This document shows, piece by piece, positions 37,567-46,230 of a stretch of 64,000 bases of DNA. The stretch's first letter is position 1, and every line of letters begins with the position of its first letter. Source of the DNA: Candidatus Micrarchaeota archaeon (GTDB lineage: Archaea > Micrarchaeota > Micrarchaeia > Anstonellales > Bilamarchaeaceae); assembly GCA_016932815.1 (NCBI GenBank), contig JAFGCC010000017.1, positions 3,581-67,580 of the forward strand. The letters run 5' to 3'. The notes under the pieces are model-generated. The model was given only the letters and a program-made list of their open reading frames with translations, was not told where the DNA came from and ran no database searches. Position numbers and translations under genes: made by a program.

Positions 37567-39207
37567 ATGGCTGACAAGAAACCTCAATTGGTAGATGCCG
37601 GAAGCTACTACAAAATCGCCAACGACTACTACGAGAAAGGCGATTACGAGAAGGCGATTGAGAACTACAACATGGCCATACTCCTAAATCCCCTCTTCTC
37701 GGAAGCCTACTTCAACCGCGCACTAAGCTATTACCAGCTAAAAAACTACGAAAAAGCGGTAGCAGACTACACAGAAGCTTCGGAGCTAGACCCCAAGAAC
37801 CCCATTATATTCAACAACAAGGGGGACGCGTATTACAGGAGGCAGGATTACCACGGAGCAATAAAGGATTATGACAAGGCAATCATGCTAAACCCCAATT
37901 ACCTAAAAGCGTACTACAACCGCGCCCTCTCCTATGCATCCCTGGAAGACTACGAGAAGGCGGTTGAGGATTTTAGCAAGGTAGTCCAATTGAAGCCCGA
38001 CTTTTCCGAAGCCTACCACCTGCGCGGATTAGCATACGAATACGCGGGGGACGTGGATTCGGCGATTTCCGATTACGAAAAAGCCCTTGAATTAAACCCT
38101 TCATTGGCGGAAGCAAAAAGCCACCTAGAATCCGCAAAGAGCAAGAAGCAGAGCGGGGGAAGCGGAGGCGAAGGCGGAAAAGAAGGCGGAACTTCCGAAA
38201 TCAAGGTCCTAAGAAAGCCCCAGATGAACTTCAAGGACGTTGCGGGAATGGAGAAGATGAAAGAGGAAATCCGCGAGGCCGTAATCTACCCCATGGCAAA
38301 GCCGGAACTTGCAAGGAGGTACGGGAAGCTTGGGGGAGGCGGCATAATCATGTACGGCCCCCCCGGCTGCGGGAAAACCTACATAGTAAAAGCCGCGGCA
38401 GGAGAGTGCGATGCCGCATTCATAAACGCAAAGCTCTCAGACTTACTGGACATGTACGTGGGAAACACCGAAAAGAACATCCACAAGGTCTTTGAGACTG
38501 CGCGCAAGAACACCCCCTGCATCCTCTTCTTCGATGAAATAGACGCAATCGGCGGAAGGAGGGACCAGCAGGAGGGAGCGCAGTATATGCGCATGGCCGT
38601 AAACCAGATGCTCTATGAGATGGACGGGGTTGAAGCAAACAACCAGAACGTGCTCGTAATTGCCGCAACCAACGCGCCCTGGGACGTTGACCCCGCACTA
38701 AGGAGGTCCGGGCGTTTTAGCAAAACCCTCTACGTCCCGGAGCCGGATTTCGGCTCCCGCTCGGCAATAATCAGGATTCACGCCAAAAAGCGCCCCTTAG
38801 CAAGGGGGATTCCCTACTGGAGGCTTGCCCTTGCAACCTCCGGATATGCTTCTGCCGACCTCAAGGCGGTAGTGGATGAGGCTGCTGCAATCCCCTGGAG
38901 GGAGGCATTCAAGTCCGGAAAAGAGAGGAAAGTTAAAAGCAGCGACTTCATAAAGGCGATAAGGAAGAAGAAGAGCTCGCTTCCCCCCTGGTATGAGCAG
39001 GCCAAAAAGCAAATCGGCAAGCAGGAGGAAGTCACAATCGTAGACGGCAAAGAGCACAAGAAAGTGAGTGACAGCAAGATGGGCCCCGGTGAAAAGGAGG
39101 CCTTCAAGGACCTGCTCAACGTAATTAACAGCCGCAACAAGTGGTACAGCAAGGCATGGTTTTCCTTCCTAAAGCACACCGCGCTGCTAATCCCAATTCC
39201 AATCTAG
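37567..39207 (+). CDS. TPR-repeat AAA ATPase (single classic AAA module)
   Basis: About five TPRs (AYFNRA, AYYNRA); GPPGCGKT, FFDEID, ATNAPWDVDPALRRSGRF. Confidence 0.9.
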   Translation: MADKKPQLVDAGSYYKIANDYYEKGDYEKAIENYNMAILLNPLFSEAYFNRALSYYQLKNYEKAVADYTEASELDPKNPIIFNNKGDAYYRRQDYHGAIKDYDKAIMLNPNYLKAYYNRALSYASLEDYEKAVEDFSKVVQLKPDFSEAYHLRGLAYEYAGDVDSAISDYEKALELNPSLAEAKSHLESAKSKKQSGGSGGEGGKEGGTSEIKVLRKPQMNFKDVAGMEKMKEEIREAVIYPMAKPELARRYGKLGGGGIIMYGPPGCGKTYIVKAAAGECDAAFINAKLSDLLDMYVGNTEKNIHKVFETARKNTPCILFFDEIDAIGGRRDQQEGAQYMRMAVNQMLYEMDGVEANNQNVLVIAATNAPWDVDPALRRSGRFSKTLYVPEPDFGSRSAIIRIHAKKRPLARGIPYWRLALATSGYASADLKAVVDEAAAIPWREAFKSGKERKVKSSDFIKAIRKKKSSLPPWYEQAKKQIGKQEEVTIVDGKEHKKVSDSKMGPGEKEAFKDLLNVINSRNKWYSKAWFSFLKHTALLIPIPI

Positions 39208-39229
39208 GCGCACCCGGTTCCGGCTAAGG

Positions 39230-39237
39230 TTTATATA
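39230..39237 (+). promoter_or_regulatory. TATA box upstream of pyrC
   Basis: TTTATATA ending ~27 nt before ATG 39264, consistent with a leaderless transcript. Confidence 0.55.
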
Positions 39238-39263
39238 TACCAATCGCATTTTTCCTAATTAGC

Positions 39264-40493
39264 ATGATAATAAAGAACGCCCGCTTCTACCAAAACGGGA
39301 AGCTGGCAAACAAGGACATACAAATCGAGGGGGGCTCAATTAGCGCAATAGGGAGCTTCAAGGGAAAAGGGATAGATGCCTCAGGCTTGTTCGTTTTCCC
39401 GGGGCTAATAGACCCGCACGTGCACCTTAGGGACCCCGGGCTCACGCAAAAAGAGGATTTCCACAGCGGAACCCGCGCAGCGCTCAGGGGCGGATTTACC
39501 ACAGTATTGGATATGCCCAACACGATTCCCCCAACCACTACAAAGAAAGCATTGCTAGAAAAAAGGAAAATCGCAGGCAAAAAAGCAGTTTGCGATTACG
39601 GGCTGCATTTTGGGGCAACAAAAGACAACTTTTCCGAAGTGGAAGCCGCAAAGCCCCCTTCCCTCAAGCTGTATATGGGCGAATCAACGGGCTCCTTGCA
39701 GGTAGGAAGCTATGCGGCAATGGAGAAGCATTTTTCCACCTTCCCAAAAGACAAGCCAATCATCCTGCACGCAGAAGATGCGGACACCATAAAATCCATG
39801 GAGGCAGCAGGCCTTGGGAGGGGGCCTATGGCAGAGCGCATCGCGGTACTCAAGGCAAACGAGGCCGCGCAGAAAGCAAAAAGGGTAATCTACTTTGCGC
39901 ACACTACGACCGCGGAAGCGGCCTCCCTTGCAAAATCCCGCAGGGATTCCCTTGTGGAGGTTTCGCCCCACCACTTATTCCTCTCAACGGACAAGGATTT
40001 GAGATACCTTAGGAGGCGCTCCAATGTGTATCCCCCTTTGCGCACCGAAGCGCAGAGGACCGCCCTCTGGAAGATGCTTCCAAGAGTGGATACCGTTGGA
40101 AGCGACCATGCGCCCCACACCCTAGAGGACAAGGCCGCAGGCGCGGCGGGATTCCCAGGCCTTGAAACTTCCTTATCCCTATTCCTCGATGCCTACAACA
40201 AGAGCATCCTGCCCCTTCCCTGGATAGTAGAAAGAATGGCGCAGAATCCCGCCAGGATTTTCAATCTTAAGAAAAAAGGGCAGATTGCAAAAGGCTTCGA
40301 TGCGGATTTCACTTTAGTTGATTTGCGCGAGGAATGGACTGTGCGCGGAAGGGATTTGGAATCCAGGTGCGGCTGGACTCCCTTTGAGGGATTCAGGCTC
40401 AAAGGAAGGGTGAAAAAGGTAATCCTGCGCGGCAATCTGGTTGTGGATGATTCGAAGATAGTAGATGAAGTTAAGGGTGAGGAAGTCCTCTGA
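39264..40493 (+). CDS. pyrC: Dihydroorotase
   Basis: PGLIDPHVHLRDPG, DMPNT, HAED, EVSPHHL, YPPLR, SDHAPH. Confidence 0.92.
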   Translation: MIIKNARFYQNGKLANKDIQIEGGSISAIGSFKGKGIDASGLFVFPGLIDPHVHLRDPGLTQKEDFHSGTRAALRGGFTTVLDMPNTIPPTTTKKALLEKRKIAGKKAVCDYGLHFGATKDNFSEVEAAKPPSLKLYMGESTGSLQVGSYAAMEKHFSTFPKDKPIILHAEDADTIKSMEAAGLGRGPMAERIAVLKANEAAQKAKRVIYFAHTTTAEAASLAKSRRDSLVEVSPHHLFLSTDKDLRYLRRRSNVYPPLRTEAQRTALWKMLPRVDTVGSDHAPHTLEDKAAGAAGFPGLETSLSLFLDAYNKSILPLPWIVERMAQNPARIFNLKKKGQIAKGFDADFTLVDLREEWTVRGRDLESRCGWTPFEGFRLKGRVKKVILRGNLVVDDSKIVDEVKGEEVL

Positions 40494-40502
40494 TTTCCCG
40501 AT

Positions 40503-41087
40503 TCAGGGATTGATTGTTTTTAGGGGCAGGGACAACACCCCCCGGTTGTCATAGGGAATAAGGGAAAATCCGCAGGACATGTAATAATCCTCCAGCTCAT
40601 CATTTGCGCCCATTATGATTAGCTTGTTTATCCCGTGCTTTTTGGCGATATGCGAGCCAAGCAAAACCGCAATTTGCAGGAATCCGTATCCGCGCATTTT
40701 TGGATTCGGCACAGTATACTCCCCCAGCTCAGACGGTTTCAAGCCCGCTAGCGAGAGAAACGAATGCAACTGCGCTATTTCGAGTGTGTCCCCTTCCGCA
40801 TATGCTACAAACCTCATGAATGCCCCCCTTCCCGGCATCGGAGCCTTCATTATGGCATATGCATCCTGGAACACATAATTGCCCAAGCCGGAATCCTCCT
40901 CCAGGGAAACAGGATAGGCCTTCTTAAGGTGCAGCCGGAATGTTTCCCCCCTGCGGTTTTCTAGGAGGTGTGCCGACTTAAAATAAAGCCTTTTATTGGT
41001 TGGGGCATTGGCTTTCGAAGATAGCTCCGAGCGTATCCTAAAGAGCACCCGTGAAATGAATGCCGGCTTTGGGGCAGGAGGCTGCAT
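40503..41087 (-). CDS. GNAT-like orphan protein
   Basis: PKMRGYGF (motif A-like) and ELEDYYMSCGF (motif B-like); start set at MQPPAP. Confidence 0.55.
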   Translation of the reverse strand: MQPPAPKPAFISRVLFRIRSELSSKANAPTNKRLYFKSAHLLENRRGETFRLHLKKAYPVSLEEDSGLGNYVFQDAYAIMKAPMPGRGAFMRFVAYAEGDTLEIAQLHSFLSLAGLKPSELGEYTVPNPKMRGYGFLQIAVLLGSHIAKKHGINKLIIMGANDELEDYYMSCGFSLIPYDNRGVLSLPLKTINP

Positions 41088-41172
41088 AATCAATTTGCGT
41101 GTTAAATAGTTTATAAATGAGTATGGTGGCATTGCACAAAAAGAACCAGGAATGCGACTGCCCCCAGGAGGG

Positions 41173-41625
41173 TTATGTCTGGCTGGGATTAGGCTGCGGA
41201 GAAAGAACGATTAGCCCGCCCTGATTGAACATCTCAATGCGGTACTTTTTCCCGCCTGCACCCGGGCCTTCATGCAAAATCGGCTCGGAATCCGGGTCGA
41301 ACTCCATGGCAAATACCGTAGGATTGACGATTTCGTTTTCTATGCCCGCTTCCCGCAGCCTAAAGACCACTTCATTCCCATCAAGTGTTATGCTGTCCAC
41401 GTTCTCCGGCACGTATATCTCGGTAATCATCGCGGAGCCGTCTCCCATGTAGCCTACGGCATTAACTAAAAACGCAAGCCGCGCAACGGAAAAATGCACC
41501 TGCAAAACCGAAAGGTCCGCCTTGATAGTGTCCATCCGAAAGTACATCATGTACAATAGGGGAATTAGCAGGAGGAGTATGAATCCCACGACCATCAGCA
41601 GTTCGTTGCTTACTTGCCCTCTCAT
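41173..41625 (-). CDS. Class III signal-peptide (minor pilin-like) protein
   Basis: MRGQVSNELLMVVGFILLLLIPLL; ATGA overlap with the upstream CBS gene. Confidence 0.8.
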   Translation of the reverse strand: MRGQVSNELLMVVGFILLLLIPLLYMMYFRMDTIKADLSVLQVHFSVARLAFLVNAVGYMGDGSAMITEIYVPENVDSITLDGNEVVFRLREAGIENEIVNPTVFAMEFDPDSEPILHEGPGAGGKKYRIEMFNQGGLIVLSPQPNPSQT

Positions 41626-42713
41626 AGCAGGTTACCCGTTGTATTGTGTATCTTCTTGTCGCGCTTATAGTTCTTCTTTTTCTCCAGAAGCCTTTTTATC
41701 TCCGCCACATTCTTGTTGACAACTTCCTTTAGGGCGTATCCTTCGGAATGCACCACGTTCATCCCGTGCTCAATCTCGAGCTTCGTGCTCATCTGGTATG
41801 TGGATTTGCCCTTCTTAAAATGCACGTGCACGTCCCCCAGCTCGAAAGTGCCAAGGAATTTTTTCAGCACGCCCTTGATGGATGCCTTCACGTCCGCATA
41901 ATAGAACATGTCGTCTTCGGGAAGCCCGCTAACAAACACGCTTGGGCCCTTGGAAACGAGGCTCAGGACGAACTTCATGACATCTATTGCGGTAAGCAGG
42001 CCCTTTGCCTCCTTCCCGTCCATAACCGTGAGCTTGGAGAGGTTCTGCTTTGCCATTATCCCTACCGCCTTCTCCAGCGGGTCCGAGGGGCGCACGGTGG
42101 CGACCTTTTCCCTCATGAATTCGCGGACCAGCCTGTCCTCTGGCTTTTCTATCTCGGAGGTAAGCATGAACCTCGGGTGGTTTTCCCTGTTTACCCTCAT
42201 CATGGACAAATCGAACGTGGAAAGGTTGCCGACTAGCTTGCTCCCCTTTGTCACGCCCAGATGGTGGACGCCGAGCTTCCTCATTATTCCCTTGGCAACC
42301 CCGACGGTTTCGCAATCCTCGATAGTGTATAGCGGAGCCGCCATCATCGCGGATACGGTGGTTTTTGGGACCATGCGCCTCTTTACCATCTCGTTCATGA
42401 CGTCTGCGCGGCTCACTACCCCTTTTATCCTGTTCTTGCTTATGACCGGGACCGCCTTGAAGTGGCCTGCCAGGAATGCGCGCATGGCATCTTCCACGGT
42501 GGATTCCTCGGAAAGCGAAGGCGCTCTTACCGCGGCATTCAGGGCCTTGGCCTTGCTCGCGTCGCTTACGCTCCTTACTGTGCGGTCATCTATCAAGCCG
42601 TAGTACTTCCCTTTCTGGGTAACCACGACCACCGTGCCGGTTTTTAGTATGCAGTTTAAGGCTTTTGAGAGCGGTTCCCCGCCATCTAATACGTCCGCTT
42701 TGAGTTCCCTCAT
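41622..42713 (-). CDS. Four-CBS protein with C-terminal HPF/RaiA-like domain (archaeal ribosome hibernation factor-like)
   Basis: CBS repeats (GVVSRADV, GNLSTFDL, GLLTAIDV) followed by a ~90-aa beta-alpha-beta-beta-beta-alpha domain; start at MRELK. Confidence 0.72.
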   Translation of the reverse strand: MRELKADVLDGGEPLSKALNCILKTGTVVVVTQKGKYYGLIDDRTVRSVSDASKAKALNAAVRAPSLSEESTVEDAMRAFLAGHFKAVPVISKNRIKGVVSRADVMNEMVKRRMVPKTTVSAMMAAPLYTIEDCETVGVAKGIMRKLGVHHLGVTKGSKLVGNLSTFDLSMMRVNRENHPRFMLTSEIEKPEDRLVREFMREKVATVRPSDPLEKAVGIMAKQNLSKLTVMDGKEAKGLLTAIDVMKFVLSLVSKGPSVFVSGLPEDDMFYYADVKASIKGVLKKFLGTFELGDVHVHFKKGKSTYQMSTKLEIEHGMNVVHSEGYALKEVVNKNVAEIKRLLEKKKNYKRDKKIHNTTGNLL

Positions 42714-42780
42714 AATCTCACCATTGCTTGACAGATAGAATACAGAAAACATTTATAAGTCTTGCAAGCTAATTTTGCAT

Positions 42781-43458
42781 ATGGACCTCCCCTCCATAGT
42801 CCGCAAGCCCAGCTGGAGGCAGCTCTTATGCGAATTGGTGGCCTCTGAACAGCTCGACCCATGGGACATAGACATAACCAAGGTTGCAGACGGGTTTTTC
42901 AAGATGGTCAAGGAAATGGAGAAGACGGATTTCCACATACCAGCCAACATAATCCTCGCCTGCGCAATCCTCCTAAAATACAAGAGCAACGCGCTTCGGG
43001 TTTTCGAGGAGCCGGCCGAGGTTTTTGAAGAGCCGGAACCCCTTGTTCTCGAGGATGAGGGCGAGATTCCCGCACTCAGGATAAAAGCGAGGATTCCCCC
43101 GAAAGCGCACATCACCCTCAACGAGCTAATAGATGAGATGGAGCGGGCGATGAAGTATGATGACTTTGAGAGGGCGCCCAAGGTGCGCCCAAAGCACCGG
43201 GAAACGGTGGAGATAACGCTTCCCGATTACGATATCGAAAAGGAAATGGAGCAGCTCTATTCGAGGATGAAAGGGGAGGCGGACTCAGAAGGCCTCGTGC
43301 TCTTTTCCACCCTGGTCTCCGAGAGAACCCCCACAGAAACCGTGCTTACCCTCGCACCGCTCTTGCATCTTGCGCAGGAGAAGGCAGTCGGGCTCAAGCA
43401 GGACATGATGTGGGGAGAGATTTTCATAAAGGTGAACGGATGGAACCCAGGCGCCTGA
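42781..43458 (+). CDS. scpA: Segregation and condensation protein A (kleisin)
   Basis: LDPWDIDI, LLKYKS, ITLNELI, PLLHLAQE..LKQ..WGEI. Confidence 0.9.
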   Translation: MDLPSIVRKPSWRQLLCELVASEQLDPWDIDITKVADGFFKMVKEMEKTDFHIPANIILACAILLKYKSNALRVFEEPAEVFEEPEPLVLEDEGEIPALRIKARIPPKAHITLNELIDEMERAMKYDDFERAPKVRPKHRETVEITLPDYDIEKEMEQLYSRMKGEADSEGLVLFSTLVSERTPTETVLTLAPLLHLAQEKAVGLKQDMMWGEIFIKVNGWNPGA

Positions 43459-43551
43459 ACCGCAGGGGGGTTGCATCCCCCTCTCTGAGAAACCTTCGGT
43501 TTCTTCTCTTGGGCACAGCCCAAGGCAGTTCCGGTTCCTCCGGACTCCCCC
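43457..43551 (+). mobile_element. Multi-hairpin structured element, copy 2 (candidate MITE or ncRNA)
   Basis: GAACCGC-H1-CTCTG-H2-TC-H3-CAGTT...TTCCT...CTCCCCC, collinear with 14625-14764. Confidence 0.65.
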
Positions 43552-43592
43552 TGCGCGCAGGCACGTGCCTGGAATTCTTTGAGGTGGGCTAA

Positions 43593-44276
43593 ATGGAACC
43601 CAAAAGATTGATAGAAGCCGCGCTCTTTATGAGCGGCAGGGAGATGTCCGTTCCGGAATTGAAGAAACTAACCGGAATCGCTTCTGCGGGGCACGTGAAG
43701 GAAATCGTGGAGGAATTGGCGGGGGATTATGATTCGATGGGCAGCTCAATTGAGGTTTTCGAAGGCGACAACGCCTACATACTTCGCGTCCGCGACGAAT
43801 ATTCCGGAAGCGTGAGGCAGTTTGCCCAGGACGTTGCGATAAGCAAGTCGGCTCTCCGCACCCTCTCTTATATCGCAAAGCACAACGGAATCCTGAAATC
43901 CGAAGTGGTCAGGAGAATCGGGAGCGTGATTTACGACGACGTTAAAGAGCTGGTTGAAAACGGGTTTGTCTTCCAGCGCAAATACGGGAGGAGTTCCAAG
44001 CTGTTTTTGACCGACAAGTTCCGCGCGTATTTTGAAAAAGGCGCGGGAACGGTTTCCACTTCACCTAAGAAGGCGGTTGCAGGAAAAGAATCCTCAGGGG
44101 ATTCAGAGGCGGCTCCCCCGGAAGCCGCTCCCGCTTCCAAAGATTCAGCAGAAGGCGCCGCACCTTCGGAAGACTCCGGGGAAACAACTGATGAAGATTC
44201 CCCTGCAAAGGAAGGGGATTTCTCGTTTTCCGACATGGACGAGTCGGCGGAAGAAGATGAAAAATTCGAGGATTGA
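43593..44276 (+). CDS. scpB: Segregation and condensation protein B with acidic tail
   Basis: LIEAALF, LRTLSYIA, VVRRIGS, VKELVENGF, LTDKFRAYF. Confidence 0.9.
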   Translation: MEPKRLIEAALFMSGREMSVPELKKLTGIASAGHVKEIVEELAGDYDSMGSSIEVFEGDNAYILRVRDEYSGSVRQFAQDVAISKSALRTLSYIAKHNGILKSEVVRRIGSVIYDDVKELVENGFVFQRKYGRSSKLFLTDKFRAYFEKGAGTVSTSPKKAVAGKESSGDSEAAPPEAAPASKDSAEGAAPSEDSGETTDEDSPAKEGDFSFSDMDESAEEDEKFED

Positions 44277-44349
44277 GCCCCAATCCGGGTTGCCCTCCTT
44301 TCTGGAAAATGCCCCCCCCTTTGCTTACGGGTTTTCCCCGCTTGAGGCG

Positions 44350-45354
44350 TCAAACCTTCATTTTCCGTATTTTTATTCCCGCCTGCCTGAATAAATTCTC
44401 AGGGGCTTCGGTAATAGGGTAATCCGCGTTGTAGATTACTTCGGTTATTCCCGCGTTTATTATCATTCTCGTGCAGTATAGGCAGGGGACGAAAGTGCAG
44501 TACATGACTCCCCCCTTGAGGCTTATCCCGTGGTAGGCTGCCTGCACTATTGCGTTTTCTTCTCCGTGTGCGCAGTAGCACTCATCGAGCTTGGAGCCGG
44601 ATTTCGCAAAGGAGTTGCATCTTGGGCACCCGCCTTCGTTGCAGTTTTTGGTGCCTCTCGGAGTCCCGTTGTATCCGGTGGAGATTATCCTCTTATCCTT
44701 TACGATTATTGCGGCAACCTTCCTTTTCATGCAGTTGCTCCTTGAGGCGACCTCCCTTGCGATGTTCATGAAGTATTCGTCCCAGCTAGGGCGCTCGTCC
44801 TTGAACTCAGTTGAGAATTCGGATAGGAGGTGGCCGATTTTTTCTTCTAAGCTCTCCATAGAGGAGTCGTTTATGAGCTTCCTATCTGCAACCTCGAATG
44901 CGTCTTTTAGGCTCTGTTTCGTTTTTTCCTCGTTTTTCAATTCCAGTTCCTCTATTTTCGTGAATGCTTCGAGGGTTTTGGGGTCGCTCTCCCTGCCCCG
45001 CTCCTTCATCCTCTCAAAGCGGGTTTCCGCAGGCGCGGTAACGTAAATTATGAATGAGTTATTGAGGCTCTTTATTTTCTTTGCCTCCGCCTCGTTCCTA
45101 ATTGAGTCTATTGCGTAGTTTCTGTCTTTTCCCAATTTTTCTATCGTTTTTTCTGCAAGTGCGCTTGGGCCGAGCTTTTCCCTCAACTCGTTTCCCTTTT
45201 CAATGAGGTTTGCGCGGGTTACCTCTTTTCCTTCTGCTGCAAGCTCTTCCCTTATTACATCCGATAATGAGAGGCATTCAAATCCCTTTGCCTTGAGGCA
45301 TTCTGCAACGGTTCCTTTCCCAGCGCAATTTTCACCCGTAAGCCCTATGATCAT
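44350..45354 (-). CDS. dCMP deaminase fused to an N-terminal NMP-kinase-like P-loop domain
   Basis: GENCAGKGT; RPSWDEYFM, GYNGTP, HGEENA, PCLYC. Confidence 0.88.
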   Translation of the reverse strand: MIIGLTGENCAGKGTVAECLKAKGFECLSLSDVIREELAAEGKEVTRANLIEKGNELREKLGPSALAEKTIEKLGKDRNYAIDSIRNEAEAKKIKSLNNSFIIYVTAPAETRFERMKERGRESDPKTLEAFTKIEELELKNEEKTKQSLKDAFEVADRKLINDSSMESLEEKIGHLLSEFSTEFKDERPSWDEYFMNIAREVASRSNCMKRKVAAIIVKDKRIISTGYNGTPRGTKNCNEGGCPRCNSFAKSGSKLDECYCAHGEENAIVQAAYHGISLKGGVMYCTFVPCLYCTRMIINAGITEVIYNADYPITEAPENLFRQAGIKIRKMKV

Positions 45355-45499
45355 GCTTCCACCCAGCCACAGGGCAGGATATATCTGCCAACATTTTAAT
45401 CTTTGTTGCCTTTCCTCCGGATTTTCTCTTTAATCGGGCAAAATCATGCAAAACAATAAAAAAACCCATAATCATATGTTTATCCATTGGTGGATTGGC

Positions 45500-46207
45500 A
45501 TGGAAGGAAAGCGAAGGTCCCGCGGTGGCGGTCAACGGAATTCCGGCTCGGTTCCGGTGAAGGTGGAAGAGGGAATCGCCTCTAAAATTCCGGAACCGGT
45601 GGAACGTTCTGAGAATGGGAAAATGGATGCCGTTCCGCAGGTTGAAACTCCTACTTATAGCATGGGCGAATTAGGTCAATATCTCGATAATGCTAAGCCT
45701 TACATCGTTACTCCTTCATATACGAATCCTCCAAGGGAGGACCTCGGTGGAGTTTCGGACTACCTAACCAAGAACTACAAAGTGCGTGTAAATCTTACCA
45801 AAGATGACATCAGCTCCGTGGAAATTCTAGACAAAACTGGGTTGATGATTACAGGTATTGGAGTTCTTGGGAAACCTGAAGAACTGACTATAATGGCTAT
45901 TGATTTCGGAGAGAACAATCCGCTAATCAAGGGGGAGGCTTTATTCTTTGCTACGCCAGAGGGGGTAAGCATGTATTTCTTCGACAAATCTACTGGTGAG
46001 TTCTCCCATGGATTAGCTAATCTATATGGGGAGGGCCTGTCCCGCGGACCCACGAAGGTAGGATTGGACATCACTAAGGAAAGCATCGCACTGCTTGTTA
46101 TCCCCGATGCTGGCAATACTGCTGCTCAAGTGGAGATAGGGTTGGTCAATAACTCTGAATATAAGATGGGATATTCATATACTGGAATCTTTGGAGTAAA
46201 TAGGTAA
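45500..46207 (+). CDS. Beta-rich orphan protein A1, paralog of 49565-50428
   Basis: Shared Y.DNAK.Y, AID.G..NP, FATP and NLYG.GLSRG motifs; start moved to MEGKRR. Confidence 0.72.
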   Translation: MEGKRRSRGGGQRNSGSVPVKVEEGIASKIPEPVERSENGKMDAVPQVETPTYSMGELGQYLDNAKPYIVTPSYTNPPREDLGGVSDYLTKNYKVRVNLTKDDISSVEILDKTGLMITGIGVLGKPEELTIMAIDFGENNPLIKGEALFFATPEGVSMYFFDKSTGEFSHGLANLYGEGLSRGPTKVGLDITKESIALLVIPDAGNTAAQVEIGLVNNSEYKMGYSYTGIFGVNR

Positions 46208-46230
46208 TATCTCTTCATGGTGTTGTTTTC

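Noticed and set aside
43410-43592. Independent protein-coding gene between scpA and scpB
   Set aside because: Explained as the duplicated scpB start read through the element; kept only as a possible coupling ORF in the findings.
44350-45354. Kinase-dCMP deaminase fusion as a novelty
   Set aside because: An N-terminal P-loop domain on dCMP deaminases is an architecture I recall from other organisms.
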